A DNA stretch of 64,000 bases from Prochlorococcus sp. AG-402-I23. Its GTDB lineage: Bacteria > Cyanobacteriota > Cyanobacteriia > PCC-6307 > Cyanobiaceae. The notes beneath the pieces are model-generated. The model searched no databases and was not told the origin of the DNA. It saw only the letters and a program-made list of their open reading frames with translations. Below are positions 1-10,612 of the stretch, one piece after another. Position numbers and translations under genes: made by a program. The stretch covers positions 4,091-68,090 of the forward strand of contig QCIB01000007.1 of assembly GCA_003216915.1 (NCBI GenBank), written 5' to 3'. Numbering within the stretch: the first letter of the stretch is position 1; every line of letters starts with the position of its first letter.

Positions 1-378
1 TCTCTTGGAGGCTTACCTCCAATGTTAGGATTTTTTGGAAAGATATACTTGTTCTTTGCAGGTTGGGCAAATCATCAATATCTATTAGTAATAGTTGGAT
101 TAGTAACTTCAGTTATATCTATTTATTACTACATTTCAGTGATAAAAATGATGGTAGTTAAAGAACCACAGGAAGCTTCTGAAATAGTCAAATCATATCC
201 TGAAATTAATTGGGGAATTGTAGGATTACCTCCCTTGAGAATTGCACTTTATACTTGTGTCGCAGTAACTGCTCTTGGAGGAATCCTATCTAATCCTCTT
301 TTTAAATTAGCTAATACAGCAGTTTCAGAAACTCCTTTCTTACAAGATATTATTGCTACAGCAAACAATATTTCCTAG
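1..378 (+). CDS. ndhB: NAD(P)H-quinone oxidoreductase subunit 2 (NdhB), 3' part; gene begins upstream of the window
   Basis: Frame open from base 1 ([14 protein letters not shown]...SIYYY), the NuoN/NdhB C-terminal signature. Confidence 0.93.
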   Translation, partial: SLGGLPPMLGFFGKIYLFFAGWANHQYLLVIVGLVTSVISIYYYISVIKMMVVKEPQEASEIVKSYPEINWGIVGLPPLRIALYTCVAVTALGGILSNPLFKLANTAVSETPFLQDIIATANNIS

Positions 379-394
379 AAGAATTCTTCAATAA

Positions 395-1081
395 ATGTCT
401 AAGAAAGTCGCTAGTTTAGAAAATTTATCTAAAACATATGGGAAAGAAGATCTAACTGTTAAAGCCTTAGACAGCATAAACTTAGAAATTTATAAAGGTG
501 ATTATTTAGCTGTAATGGGAGCAAGTGGCTCAGGCAAAAGTACAGCTATGAATATTATTGGATGTCTAGATAGACCATCTGAAGGTATTTATAAATTAAA
601 TGGTATTCCTGTTGAGAATTTATCTGATGATGAGCTCGCGGAAATACGCAACCAAAAATTAGGCTTCGTTTTTCAACAATTTCATCTTCTTTCAGACGCA
701 ACTGCACTTGAAAACGTAATTTTGCCAATGATTTATGCTGGTATTGAGCCTGAGCAAAGATTAGTGCGAGGTAAGAATGCCCTAAAAAAAGTTGGCCTTT
801 CAGAAAGAATGAATAATCGCCCAAACCAATTATCCGGAGGTCAACAACAACGAGTTGCTATTGCGAGAGCTATTATCAATAACCCAGCAATTTTGTTAGC
901 AGACGAACCTACTGGAGCACTAGATTCAAAAACCACTGAAGATGTATTAGATCTTTTTGACAACCTGCATGAATCTGGAATAACTATAGTTTTAGTTACG
1001 CACGAAGATGAAGTTGCAAATCGCGCAAAAAAAATAGCCAAATTTAAGGATGGAAGAATAGTTGAATTAAAAGTTAATTAA
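395..1081 (+). CDS. ABC transporter ATP-binding protein (LolD/MacB-like)
   Basis: Walker A GASGSGKST, LSGGQQQR signature, ILLADEPTGALD. Confidence 0.93.
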   Translation: MSKKVASLENLSKTYGKEDLTVKALDSINLEIYKGDYLAVMGASGSGKSTAMNIIGCLDRPSEGIYKLNGIPVENLSDDELAEIRNQKLGFVFQQFHLLSDATALENVILPMIYAGIEPEQRLVRGKNALKKVGLSERMNNRPNQLSGGQQQRVAIARAIINNPAILLADEPTGALDSKTTEDVLDLFDNLHESGITIVLVTHEDEVANRAKKIAKFKDGRIVELKVN

Positions 1082-1083
1082 AT

Positions 1084-1833
1084 TCAAAACCTTCTAATTA
1101 CCTTCAGTTGAGTTTCATTTTCAATTCTTAAATTCCCATTCGAATCAATATCTTTAATTTTCCATGAATCATGACAATAACCACTAGGTAAAAAACTTTT
1201 AGTAAGAAACTTATTTGCAGATTTAATCACATATTCTTTTTTCTTGTTACATTCAATTGAATCATAAAAAGCTTTAAGAACTTTGGCTGTCCAATAATGT
1301 TGATTAATATTCTTAGTTTGAAGTACTTTTGATAATGAAATACCTTCTGATGGGGTGTAATTTAAAACATTCATGCCAAGTCCTAATCTTGCATAGATAA
1401 TTTTTTTGCCTCTTGTTATCACCCTTGGTAAAAATCCAATCAACTTTTTTGAACCAAAAAAAATATCATTTGGCCATTTCAAACAAACATTTATATTCTC
1501 TTGTCTAAGCATTTCACATAACTTAATACCTAAAGATAAATTAAATATTTGATATTCAAATTCTTTTGAAAATATTGGGTAAGCTGCACTTAACCAAATC
1601 CCACCTTTTGGAGAAACCCAAGTTTTTGAATTTTGGCCAACCCCTGAGAACTGTTCTCTTGCGATTATCGCTACTGGCTGGTTTTTCTTTATTTCAGAAT
1701 ATTCAAGCAAGTTTGTTAGCTCATTTTCGGTACTTTTACATTTTATTTTGTAATGAAGTGTCCAGGTTGGATATTGACCCTGAATTTTTTTTAAATAAGA
1801 AACTGTCTTAGCTGCAGGTCCAATAACTTTCAC
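1084..1833 (-). CDS. birA: Biotin--[acetyl-CoA carboxylase] ligase without an N-terminal HTH
   Basis: KWPND motif, W.SP.GG motif, GLGMN; GTG start. Confidence 0.9.
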   Translation of the reverse strand: MKVIGPAAKTVSYLKKIQGQYPTWTLHYKIKCKSTENELTNLLEYSEIKKNQPVAIIAREQFSGVGQNSKTWVSPKGGIWLSAAYPIFSKEFEYQIFNLSLGIKLCEMLRQENINVCLKWPNDIFFGSKKLIGFLPRVITRGKKIIYARLGLGMNVLNYTPSEGISLSKVLQTKNINQHYWTAKVLKAFYDSIECNKKKEYVIKSANKFLTKSFLPSGYCHDSWKIKDIDSNGNLRIENETQLKVIRRF

Positions 1834-1908
1834 AAATTCTTTATTAAAACAACGAGCATCTTTTTAAAGATTAGATTAACTTTAGTCTTAATAAGTAAAT
1901 TTTACAAA

Positions 1909-2394
1909 TTGGACAAAAAGTATTTGCCAATAGTGAATAGAAGGAATCCACATCCATTAAAAAATTGTCTTGATAATTTCAAAAAATCCTGCGGAGACTT
2001 AGATAAACTCACTAAAATCAACGAAAACTGGAAGAACTTAATCGGCTTAGAGCTATTTCAAGAATGTAAACCATTAAATATTGAAAAAAAAATACTTACT
2101 ATTGCAGTAAATCATCCACAGTGGCGCCAAGCTTTAATCTATAACAAGCATAAATTAAAAGAGAGAATCGAGAAAATTGGAATAACTTTGAATGAAATAA
2201 AAATAATACAAAATTATGAACTTAAAAATAAAAATATCAAAGCTACTAATGCAAAGATAGTTTGGGCAAAGCATCCATGCAGAATCAATCAAAATAATAT
2301 GTGCATTTGTACTCTTTGTAATTCCCCTACTCCTGAGGGCGAAATCAAAAGATGGGGAAAGTGTTCTTTTTGTTGGAGAAAAATAAAAAACTAA
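1909..2394 (+). CDS. DUF721/DciA-family protein with C-terminal Zn ribbon
   Basis: W..LIG..L...C.P, HPQWRQAL, CxxC...CxxC at the C-terminus. Confidence 0.75.
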   Translation: MDKKYLPIVNRRNPHPLKNCLDNFKKSCGDLDKLTKINENWKNLIGLELFQECKPLNIEKKILTIAVNHPQWRQALIYNKHKLKERIEKIGITLNEIKIIQNYELKNKNIKATNAKIVWAKHPCRINQNNMCICTLCNSPTPEGEIKRWGKCSFCWRKIKN

Positions 2395-2399
2395 ATTCT

Positions 2400-3101
2400 T
2401 TATTTAGTTAAAATTAGTATTCCCATTTGCCCCCCACAAATAGTCCTATATTCAGCTTTTTTAAATCCAACTTCCTTAGCAATATTTATAAGCACATTTT
2501 TCTTTGGAAAATTACTAATACTTTTTTCAATATATGCGTACTCTGGACCTAAATTAAAAAGCCGCGAAATGGTTACTACAATTAATCTCAAATAAATTTT
2601 CTGAAAAATATTGGATAAAGAATTTCTTGTTGAATGATTAAAATCCAAAAATCCTGCCCTTCCCTTATCCTTCAAAAGATCAAAAACTTTTTTTATTCCT
2701 CCTTCAACATTATTCAAGTTTCTAAGTCCATATGACATGCAAATGCCATCAAAATTTTTTGAATAATCATTAATTTCTAATACATCTTTAATTTCCCACT
2801 TAATAAATTTATTTTTTTTTAGCTCTGATTTTTTTTTTGCAATATTTAAGATATCCTTTGCACTGTCAATCCCAATAATTGAACCCCTTGGACTAACTCT
2901 CTCAGAAATTAAGAATGCTAAATCTCCAGTTCCACAGCATAAATCTGCCCAATCTTCACCATTTAAAGGTTCCAACAAATTAACTAATTTCCTTTTCCAT
3001 AATCTGTGAAGCCCAAAACTTAATAGATTATTTAAAAAGTCATATTTATAAGAAATTTTATTAAATATATTTTTGACTTCGATAGTTTTTGTGAATTTCA
3101 T
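2400..3101 (-). CDS. menG: Demethylphylloquinol/menaquinone methyltransferase (UbiE/MenG family)
   Basis: YD.LN.LLSFGLH..W, DLCCGTGD SAM motif, YGLRN. Confidence 0.88.
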   Translation of the reverse strand: MKFTKTIEVKNIFNKISYKYDFLNNLLSFGLHRLWKRKLVNLLEPLNGEDWADLCCGTGDLAFLISERVSPRGSIIGIDSAKDILNIAKKKSELKKNKFIKWEIKDVLEINDYSKNFDGICMSYGLRNLNNVEGGIKKVFDLLKDKGRAGFLDFNHSTRNSLSNIFQKIYLRLIVVTISRLFNLGPEYAYIEKSISNFPKKNVLINIAKEVGFKKAEYRTICGGQMGILILTK

Positions 3102-3145
3102 TTTTAAATTTTAACTTATTTCTTTTTGGTATTAAATTAAATTTT

Positions 3146-3916
3146 TTATTCATATGGTCTAATTGGAAGTTTTTTTTCTAGTAGGAAAGTCTTTATTTCT
3201 CTTAAAGAAAGTTTCTTATCATGAAGTAATGATGCTAAAAGTGCGGCAGATGCCCTGCCTTCATTGAAAACATCATAGATATCTTCTAAACAACCTGCTC
3301 CTCCAGAAGCAATCACTGGAATATTAACAATATTGGTAACAGATTCAGTCAGATGTAAATCATATCCATTCTGAGTTCCATCACCATCCATTGAAGTAAG
3401 CAAAATTTCCCCTGCGCCTAATTCCTCAACTTTCTTTGCCCAACTTAATACATCTATTCCAGTATTTTCTCTCCCTCCTTTTACATATACCTCCCATTCA
3501 TCATTCTTATTAACTTTTCTTTTAGCATCAATTGCTATCACGATACATTGATTACCAAATTCTCTAGAACTTTTAGAAATTAAATCTGGATTTCTAACAG
3601 CAGAAGAATTCAAACTCACTTTGTCCGCTCCAGCTCTTAAAAGATCATTAATTGAAGAAACAGAATCTATTCCTCCACCTACTGTAAATGGGATTTTTAC
3701 TGATTTTGCGGTCCTAGAGACAAGGTCAACTAATGTATTTCTATTTTCTACACTAGCTCTAATATCTAAGAATACTAATTCATCTGCGCCCTCATCAGAA
3801 TACCTACAAGCCAATTCAACAGGATCGCCTGAGTCTCTCAAGTTAACAAAATTTACACCTTTAACCACTCTGCCATGGGCCACATCTAAACAAGGAATTA
3901 AACGAAGAGCTACCAT
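3146..3916 (-). CDS. hisF: Imidazole glycerol phosphate synthase subunit HisF
   Basis: [32 protein letters not shown]. Confidence 0.98.
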   Translation of the reverse strand: MVALRLIPCLDVAHGRVVKGVNFVNLRDSGDPVELACRYSDEGADELVFLDIRASVENRNTLVDLVSRTAKSVKIPFTVGGGIDSVSSINDLLRAGADKVSLNSSAVRNPDLISKSSREFGNQCIVIAIDAKRKVNKNDEWEVYVKGGRENTGIDVLSWAKKVEELGAGEILLTSMDGDGTQNGYDLHLTESVTNIVNIPVIASGGAGCLEDIYDVFNEGRASAALLASLLHDKKLSLREIKTFLLEKKLPIRPYE

Positions 3917-3975
3917 TTTAGTAAAAATTGTCCAAATGCTGTTAATCTTGCATAATAGCTTCCATTTTACCTCTT

Positions 3976-4200
3976 ATGGCTGAAACAAAATTATTACCCA
4001 AAATCGGTAGTAAAATCAAAATTAACATTAACAAAGTAAAAGATAGACTACCAGCTAAATTAATCGATCAAATATCCTCAAATCCTAAAGCCGTAATAAC
4101 AGGCTATAAAATGACAGACGGCAGAAGTATTGGAATCACCGCAAAATTTCAGAATGGTGAGCAAAATTGGTTTTTCCCAGAAGAAATTGAGAAAGGTTAA
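3976..4200 (+). CDS. petP: DUF2862 / cytochrome b6f subunit PetP-like protein
   Basis: GYKMTDG.SIG and WFF.EE motifs; position next to chlG. Confidence 0.8.
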   Translation: MAETKLLPKIGSKIKININKVKDRLPAKLIDQISSNPKAVITGYKMTDGRSIGITAKFQNGEQNWFFPEEIEKG

Positions 4201-4208
4201 AGAGTAAA

Positions 4209-5156
4209 GTGAATGATCCAAAACAACTATTAGGAATTAAGGGTGCCTCTGAAACATCAAGCATATGGAAACTCCGTATACAGTTAATGAAACCTATAAC
4301 GTGGATCCCTTTGATATGGGGAGTTATTTGTGGAGCAGCTGCAAGTGGGAATTTTGAATGGACCTTTAGTAATGTTCTAGCTTCATTAGCATGTATGTTA
4401 ATGAGTGGACCACTTCTGGCTGGTTATACCCAAACCATAAATGATTTTTTTGATAAAGAAATTGATGCAATTAATGAACCAAATAGACCAATTCCTTCTG
4501 GCAAAATTTCAATTAAAGATGTAAAAATACAAATCTGGGTATTACTTATAGCGGGCTTAATAGTTGCTTTTTTATTAGATTTATATGCTAAGCACAGCTT
4601 CCCCTCCGTCTTACTTTTGGCATTAGGAGGTTCATTTGTTAGTTATATATATTCTGCTCCACCACTCAAATTAAAACAGAATGGTTGGCTTGGAAATTAT
4701 GCATTAGGAGCATCTTATATAGCTTTACCTTGGTGGGCAGGACAAGCCTTGTTTGGGAAATTAACTATAGTGACGGCGATACTAACACTTGCTTATAGTC
4801 TCTCAGGACTTGGAATTGCTGTAATTAATGATTTCAAAAGTGTTGAAGGAGACTCAAAGCTAGGCTTAAATTCTCTACCAGTAGTATTTGGAATTAAAAA
4901 TGCAAGTAGAATAAGTGCAGGACTGATTGACATTTTTCAATTAGCAATGGTTATAGTATTAGTCATTATTGGTCAACATTTAGCCTCTGTAATTTTGGTT
5001 TTATTGGTAATTCCACAAATTACATTTCAAGATATGTGGTTACTAAGAGATCCTCTAAAGTTTGATGTCAAATATCAAGCAAGTGCCCAACCGTTTCTTA
5101 TAACTGGAATGTTAGTTACAGCTTTAGCGATAGGACATAGTTTTTTAGTTGCTTAA
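4209..5156 (+). CDS. chlG: Chlorophyll synthase
   Basis: LMKPITWIPLIWG, INDFFD.EIDAINEP.RPIPSG (UbiA prenyltransferase family). Confidence 0.98.
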   Translation: MNDPKQLLGIKGASETSSIWKLRIQLMKPITWIPLIWGVICGAAASGNFEWTFSNVLASLACMLMSGPLLAGYTQTINDFFDKEIDAINEPNRPIPSGKISIKDVKIQIWVLLIAGLIVAFLLDLYAKHSFPSVLLLALGGSFVSYIYSAPPLKLKQNGWLGNYALGASYIALPWWAGQALFGKLTIVTAILTLAYSLSGLGIAVINDFKSVEGDSKLGLNSLPVVFGIKNASRISAGLIDIFQLAMVIVLVIIGQHLASVILVLLVIPQITFQDMWLLRDPLKFDVKYQASAQPFLITGMLVTALAIGHSFLVA

Positions 5157-6927
5157 GGTGCAAAAGATTAAACTCAAATCTTTTGTTTTAATAATTCCAA
5201 TATTAATTTTTTCTGGAATATCTTTTTATTTTTTTAGTCTAATATTTAGTACGTTAAAATTTGACTTATCTAAAAATAAAAAGTTTCGGGAAACCAAATA
5301 TTCTTATGTAATATCATCTTCTGATAATAAGATACTAAGCAAATTAAGCCGCAAATTTGAAATAGATAATAGTAATCATAAAATTCCATTTTTCCTTAAA
5401 CATTCTTTTATATCTTCTGAGGATAAAAGATTTTATAAACATAATGGAATAGATTTAAAAAGTATTTCTCGTGCCCTTATTCAAAATATTAGAAGTGGTT
5501 ATGTTAAAGAGGGAGGAAGTACGATTACACAACAAGTTGCTAGATTACTTTTTCTAAATAATGATTTAAGTTTTCAAAGAAAAATCAAAGAAATATTTAT
5601 ATCACTCATACTTGAATTTAGATTTAACAAAAATCAAGTTTTAAAATTATATTTAAATAATATTTATCTAGGATCAGGAGCATACGGGGTAGACGAGGCT
5701 GCCCAAGTTTATTTTGGAAAATTTATAGAAGAATTGACATTATCAGAGATCGCATTAATTACAGGATTAGCTCCAGCTCCATCAATTTATTCACCTTATC
5801 AAAATTTAGAACTAGCTATTAAAAATAGAAATAAAGTTCTTGAATCAATGTATGTTGATGGATATATTTCTCTTGCAAATAAGAATAAGGCTATTAAAGA
5901 AAAAATAAAATTAAATTATAAAACAGCTGATAATTTTTTAGATGATAAATTACTAATAAACTTTATTCTTCAGGAAACAGATAAAAAAATTGGAAGTAAA
6001 AATGATTATAAGTTTTTAAGAATTAAATCTTCTATTAACAAAGATTGGCAAGAAAAAGGTCAAAAAATATCAAGATATGCAGGGCCTAAAGAACTTGAAT
6101 TTGGTCTGTTATCTATCGAATCAAACACAGGACTAATAAGGACAATGATAACCAGTAAAAATCCATCAATTAATGAATACAATAGAGTGATTTCATCTGT
6201 AAGACCTTTAGGTTCTACTTTTAAAATAATCCCTTATGCTGCTGCATTAATAGAAGGAATAAAATTAAGCGATAAATTTGAAGACTTACCAATATGCTGG
6301 GAAAGTTATTGCCCAAAAAATTTTTCAGAAGACTATAGAGGTTCAATATCTTTGATTGAATCATTTAAAAGTTCATCAAATATCGTTCCAATATCAATAA
6401 CAAAAAAAATCGGCTTAAAAAATATTATTAATTTAGCGAATTCATTTGGACTAGGTTACGAGCAAGAGTTTGAGGAATTCCCATCATTAGCTATTGGCTC
6501 CTACGGAGATAATCTTTTAAACATCACAAATGCATATTCTGCAATAAACAATAATGGGAAGATTCAAAGCCCTGAAATCATAGAAAAAATAGAATCATTT
6601 AAAAAACAACCTATTTGGGAAAACAAATCTATTTCCAAGAAAATATTAGATTTAAAAATAAACAAGAAAATAAATAAACTTCTTGAAAAATCTGTAAAAG
6701 AAGGCACTTCAAAAGCAGCCTCTATAAAAGGAAAGAAAATTTATGGGAAAACAGGAACATCTGATGGAAATAAAGATCTCTGGTTTATTGGTTCCATTGA
6801 TAACTTTACAACAGGGATCTGGATAGGTTACGACGATAACAAGGAATCTGAATTATCTAGTGGGAATGCAGCTTATTTATGGAAGAAGTTCATATCTGAA
6901 ATTTATAAAATTCCAATTAAAAAATAA
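5149..6927 (+). CDS. Class A penicillin-binding protein (transglycosylase/transpeptidase)
   Basis: EDKRFYKHNG and GGSTITQQ transglycosylase motifs; SxxK (STFK), SxN and KTGT transpeptidase motifs. Confidence 0.93.
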   Translation: MLKVQKIKLKSFVLIIPILIFSGISFYFFSLIFSTLKFDLSKNKKFRETKYSYVISSSDNKILSKLSRKFEIDNSNHKIPFFLKHSFISSEDKRFYKHNGIDLKSISRALIQNIRSGYVKEGGSTITQQVARLLFLNNDLSFQRKIKEIFISLILEFRFNKNQVLKLYLNNIYLGSGAYGVDEAAQVYFGKFIEELTLSEIALITGLAPAPSIYSPYQNLELAIKNRNKVLESMYVDGYISLANKNKAIKEKIKLNYKTADNFLDDKLLINFILQETDKKIGSKNDYKFLRIKSSINKDWQEKGQKISRYAGPKELEFGLLSIESNTGLIRTMITSKNPSINEYNRVISSVRPLGSTFKIIPYAAALIEGIKLSDKFEDLPICWESYCPKNFSEDYRGSISLIESFKSSSNIVPISITKKIGLKNIINLANSFGLGYEQEFEEFPSLAIGSYGDNLLNITNAYSAINNNGKIQSPEIIEKIESFKKQPIWENKSISKKILDLKINKKINKLLEKSVKEGTSKAASIKGKKIYGKTGTSDGNKDLWFIGSIDNFTTGIWIGYDDNKESELSSGNAAYLWKKFISEIYKIPIKK

Positions 6928-6936
6928 ATTATATTT

Positions 6937-8253
6937 TTAAGATTTATAAGAAATTATTGCAGAATAAAATCCATCGCCAGGATAATCCAAGCTAGGTAAA
7001 ATTTGCTTTTGGCTAACCAATTTTAAAGTTTTGTTTTTTTCAATAAATCGTTCAATTAATAGATTATTTTCATCGGGACAAATAGTACAAGTTGAATAAA
7101 CTAAAATGCCCTCTTTTTTCAAAAGAGGAAAAATACTCTCCAAAAGTTTTTCCTGTAATAAAGTTAAAGATTTTATTTTTTCTTTACTTAAAGACCATCT
7201 AGAATCTGGATTCCTGGAAAGAGTTCCAATGCCTGAGCATGGAGCATCTAATAAAATCTTATCAAAATAAGATATAAACTTAGGGTTTAATTCAATCAAA
7301 CCCGTAGCATCAGCCTTAAGGGTATTAACAGATTTCAAATTTAACCTTTCTAAATTTGATTGAAGTATTTTCAATCTTTTTGCTGATCTATCTACTGCAA
7401 TGATTTCAGCACTATCATTTGTTAATTCTGCTAGGTGGGTAGACTTACTTCCTGGAGCTGCACAAGCATCTAAAATCTTTTCACCTTCTTTTGGATTTAA
7501 GAGAGGTGCTATCCACTGAGAAGATCTATCTTGAATTGTCCAAAGTCCATCACTATATCCTGGTAAATTTTTTATAGATCTTGGATTAGATTTTAAAGTA
7601 ATTCCATTATGTAAATCTTTAATAATTTCAGCATCAATTTTATTTTCATGAAGTACTTTCAAAAAGTTATCTAAATTAGTTTTTAATTGGTTAATTCTCA
7701 AATCAATTGATGGTTTTTTATTAAATGCCTTAATGATATTTTCACCCTCGCTATTGCCGACCCACTTATAAAGATCCTTCACAAGCCATAATGGAAATGA
7801 TTCAAGATATGAAATTCTTTCTTTTCTATCAGAAGATAATTCCGGAAAAATTTTTTGTTCTAATTTTCTTGATGCATTTCTCAATATCGCATTTACAGTT
7901 CCGGCTAAACCATTTAAATCTGTTTTTTTAGCTACTTCTACAGTGGTAGAAATAGCAGCAGGAAATGGAATTTTATCCATTTTCAATAGTTGATATAAAC
8001 CTATATGTAGAAGCCATCTTAACTTTGGAGGCTGCTTTTTATGAGTAATTTTTGATGTATGATCCGTCCAAAGATCAAGAAATTTTCTATACCTTATGCA
8101 TCCAAAAGATAATTCAGTAATAAAAGCTATATCAAGAGGATTAAATTGATAATTTTTTAGAACCTTTTCAAGAGCATGATCAGAAAAATCACCAGAACTA
8201 ACTTTTAATAAAATTTCCCAAGCTGCCTTTCTTTGTAAATATCCTATGCTCAA
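6937..8253 (-). CDS. rsmB: 16S rRNA m5C967 methyltransferase RsmB/Sun
   Basis: NusB-like N-terminus, DACAAPGSK, DAPCSG, YSTCT. Confidence 0.95.
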   Translation of the reverse strand: MSIGYLQRKAAWEILLKVSSGDFSDHALEKVLKNYQFNPLDIAFITELSFGCIRYRKFLDLWTDHTSKITHKKQPPKLRWLLHIGLYQLLKMDKIPFPAAISTTVEVAKKTDLNGLAGTVNAILRNASRKLEQKIFPELSSDRKERISYLESFPLWLVKDLYKWVGNSEGENIIKAFNKKPSIDLRINQLKTNLDNFLKVLHENKIDAEIIKDLHNGITLKSNPRSIKNLPGYSDGLWTIQDRSSQWIAPLLNPKEGEKILDACAAPGSKSTHLAELTNDSAEIIAVDRSAKRLKILQSNLERLNLKSVNTLKADATGLIELNPKFISYFDKILLDAPCSGIGTLSRNPDSRWSLSKEKIKSLTLLQEKLLESIFPLLKKEGILVYSTCTICPDENNLLIERFIEKNKTLKLVSQKQILPSLDYPGDGFYSAIISYKS

Positions 8254-8303
8254 AATATAATTTATTTTTAAAGATAACTTTAATATACAAAAAATGCAAA
8301 AAT

Positions 8304-8447
8304 TTAAACTACTTTTTCAATTGCAGTATTAAACCAAATAAAACCTAAGATAGAAATAAGTGACAGATTAAATCCTAAAAAAAGAAGGATATTTAAAGAG
8401 TGGATTCTTTCACGAAAAAATATTTTTTTTTCTTCTTGATACTTCAT
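8304..8447 (-). CDS. Putative 47-aa single-TM peptide (MKYQEEKKIFFRERIHSLNILLFLGFNLSLISILGFIWFNTAIEKVV)
   Basis: Hand-translated ORF below the track cutoff; one hydrophobic stretch; co-oriented with neighbours. Confidence 0.5.
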   Translation of the reverse strand: MKYQEEKKIFFRERIHSLNILLFLGFNLSLISILGFIWFNTAIEKVV

Positions 8448-8466
8448 TAGTAAAATAAAAACTTAA

Positions 8467-8646
8467 TCAGGATTTCAAACGACAACCAATATTGACAGAT
8501 CCTGCATCAAGCATTCTGCCTAATTTAATTGCTATGGATTCCTCCAACCTTGTGAAGTTAGATTGATGGGTAGTTATCCAATCTAATTCAGAAAAAGTGA
8601 TAATACCTGTCGAATTACTTTTTAAAAAAAGTGTACCAATTTCCAT
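8467..8646 (-). CDS. Hypothetical 59-aa protein (MEIGTLFLKSNSTGIITFSELDWITTHQSNFTRLEESIAIKLGRMLDAGSVNIGCRLKS)
   Basis: Hand-translated ORF with protein-like composition that fills an intergenic gap. Confidence 0.75.
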   Translation of the reverse strand: MEIGTLFLKSNSTGIITFSELDWITTHQSNFTRLEESIAIKLGRMLDAGSVNIGCRLKS

Positions 8647-8751
8647 TAGATAAATCTAATTTTTCCTAAGCTAACATCCGTACTTAATATTTAGTCATAA
8701 CATAATATTCTTTTAATTTTTAAAAGAAAACTGTAGGTTATTACTCTTAAT

Positions 8752-10242
8752 TTATTGAATATCTCTTAAAAATTTATCGGCCGTTTTTAGGTGATTATTT
8801 AATTTTTCCTCTGACATTTTATCGAGATTTCTCGTTAACATTGCCAGACGATATTGCTTTCTAAAAAAGCTTTCATTATCTTTAATAAATTTCCAAAATA
8901 ATCCATCCCATATTTCACACCATGGGCCACTTTTAAAATCCGACATTTTTTTTACATAATTAGAGCTTGATATATATGGCTTTGTTGAAAAGATACCTCC
9001 ATCACTAAACTGACTCATTCCGTAAACATTTGGGACCATAACCCAATCATAGGAATCAATAAACATTTCCATAAACCATTTATAAACTCGGTTGGGATGA
9101 ATTCTACATAGAAGCATAAAGTTGCCAACAATCATTAGCCGCTCAATATGATGACAATAACCAAATTTAATAATATTTTTTATAACAACGTCTACTGGTT
9201 CAATTCCAGTATTTCCTTGATAAAAAGATTTTGGAATTGGCTTATCTTCAAAATTCCAAAAATTACTATTTCGCATTTTTGTTCCATACTTCTTATAGAC
9301 AAGGCAAATAAATTCTCTCCATCCAATAATTTGTCGAATAAAACCCTCTAAAGAGTTAATTGGAACATTATTATTTTTGGCATAAAGTAATGCTTTATTT
9401 ACTACTTCATTTGGCGTTAGTAAGCCACTATTTAAAAGAGGAGAAAGTAAACTATGCCATAAAAAAGAATTTTCCTTAGAAATAGCATCTTCATAATCTC
9501 CAAAAAAGAAAAATCTATGTTTAAAAAAATCATTTAACCATTCATCTGCTTCATCAAAATTAGTTGGATATAAAAAGTTATTACTTTCTCCAATAAACTC
9601 AATATCAAAATTGGCTAATGACCTTTCTGCATTAACTACAAATTTATTTTTTTGTAATTTAGGAGTATCAGGTATGTTTATTTTCTTTGGTAATTTTTTT
9701 CTGTTCATTTCATCGAAACTCCATTTACCACCTTCAGGCGTATAATCAGAATTAACTAATATCTTTTGGCTCTTTCTTTGGTTCTCATAAAATCTCCCCA
9801 TAAGAGGTTTTTTTGTATTTGATGCAAATAAATCTTTTAAATCTTCACTGCTCATAAACATAGGAGAAGGCAAAATATTTAAAGCTAAATTATTAATTTC
9901 AACAAAATTATTTATCCTCTTCATTATTAAAAAATCATGTGGGTCAATGAGATTTATTTTCTGATATTTATCTTTAACAAATTCCGATAAGTAGTCGACT
10001 GTAGAAATATTATTCTTGTTTTCAATATATAAAACTTTAAAGCCAGATATTTCTAAATAACTTTTATAAGCGAGCATAGATGCTCTATGAAAAACTAACT
10101 TGTTTTTATGGTTAATTAATTTATGAAATTTATCATTTCCAAAAAATAATGAGTCTTCCAAAATTAAAATGTCACAATTTATTTTTAAAATTGAGCTTTC
10201 TCTAAAAAGTTGATTCGGGAAAATAATTGATACTTGTTTCAT
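8752..10242 (-). CDS. Bacterial (6-4) photolyase / PhrB-CryB clade cryptochrome-photolyase
   Basis: [50 protein letters not shown]. Confidence 0.93.
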   Translation of the reverse strand: MKQVSIIFPNQLFRESSILKINCDILILEDSLFFGNDKFHKLINHKNKLVFHRASMLAYKSYLEISGFKVLYIENKNNISTVDYLSEFVKDKYQKINLIDPHDFLIMKRINNFVEINNLALNILPSPMFMSSEDLKDLFASNTKKPLMGRFYENQRKSQKILVNSDYTPEGGKWSFDEMNRKKLPKKINIPDTPKLQKNKFVVNAERSLANFDIEFIGESNNFLYPTNFDEADEWLNDFFKHRFFFFGDYEDAISKENSFLWHSLLSPLLNSGLLTPNEVVNKALLYAKNNNVPINSLEGFIRQIIGWREFICLVYKKYGTKMRNSNFWNFEDKPIPKSFYQGNTGIEPVDVVIKNIIKFGYCHHIERLMIVGNFMLLCRIHPNRVYKWFMEMFIDSYDWVMVPNVYGMSQFSDGGIFSTKPYISSSNYVKKMSDFKSGPWCEIWDGLFWKFIKDNESFFRKQYRLAMLTRNLDKMSEEKLNNHLKTADKFLRDIQ

Positions 10243-10370
10243 CTTTGCGATTTCCTGTTACTGCATCTTTTTGAACAGTAGACAACTTCATCCCAACAGT
10301 TTTTCCATTTTTTTCGCCACTCAAAAGGCCTATTGCAAACAGGACAAGTTTTAATAGAAAGATTTTTCAA
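10239..10370 (-). CDS. DUF2256 family small Cys-rich protein (43 aa)
   Basis: Hand-translated [30 protein letters not shown]; TTG start; stop overlaps the photolyase start (ATGA). Confidence 0.88.
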   Translation of the reverse strand: MKNLSIKTCPVCNRPFEWRKKWKNCWDEVVYCSKRCSNRKSQR

Positions 10371-10373
10371 AAT

Positions 10374-10610
10374 TTATAATTTTCTTTTATGAGTAGATTT
10401 AAATCTAGTTGAATCTTTAAGCGCCATATGTTTTGTATTTCTTCCAGAAACTCTCTTTCGCCAGACTTTAAAGGATTTAGGTTTAAGATTTTGACGCATA
10501 ATTTTTATTGCATCTTCCTCTTTTAAACCAAATTGATACTCAATGGCTTCAAATGGTGTTCTATCTTCCCAACACATTTCTATTACTCTGTCTATGTCGA
10601 TATTTTCCAT
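10374..10610 (-). CDS. TIGR03643/DUF2805 family protein
   Basis: RVIEMCWEDRTPFEAI..QFGL.E...WRKRVSGR.TKH. Confidence 0.88.
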   Translation of the reverse strand: MENIDIDRVIEMCWEDRTPFEAIEYQFGLKEEDAIKIMRQNLKPKSFKVWRKRVSGRNTKHMALKDSTRFKSTHKRKL

Positions 10611-10612
10611 AT

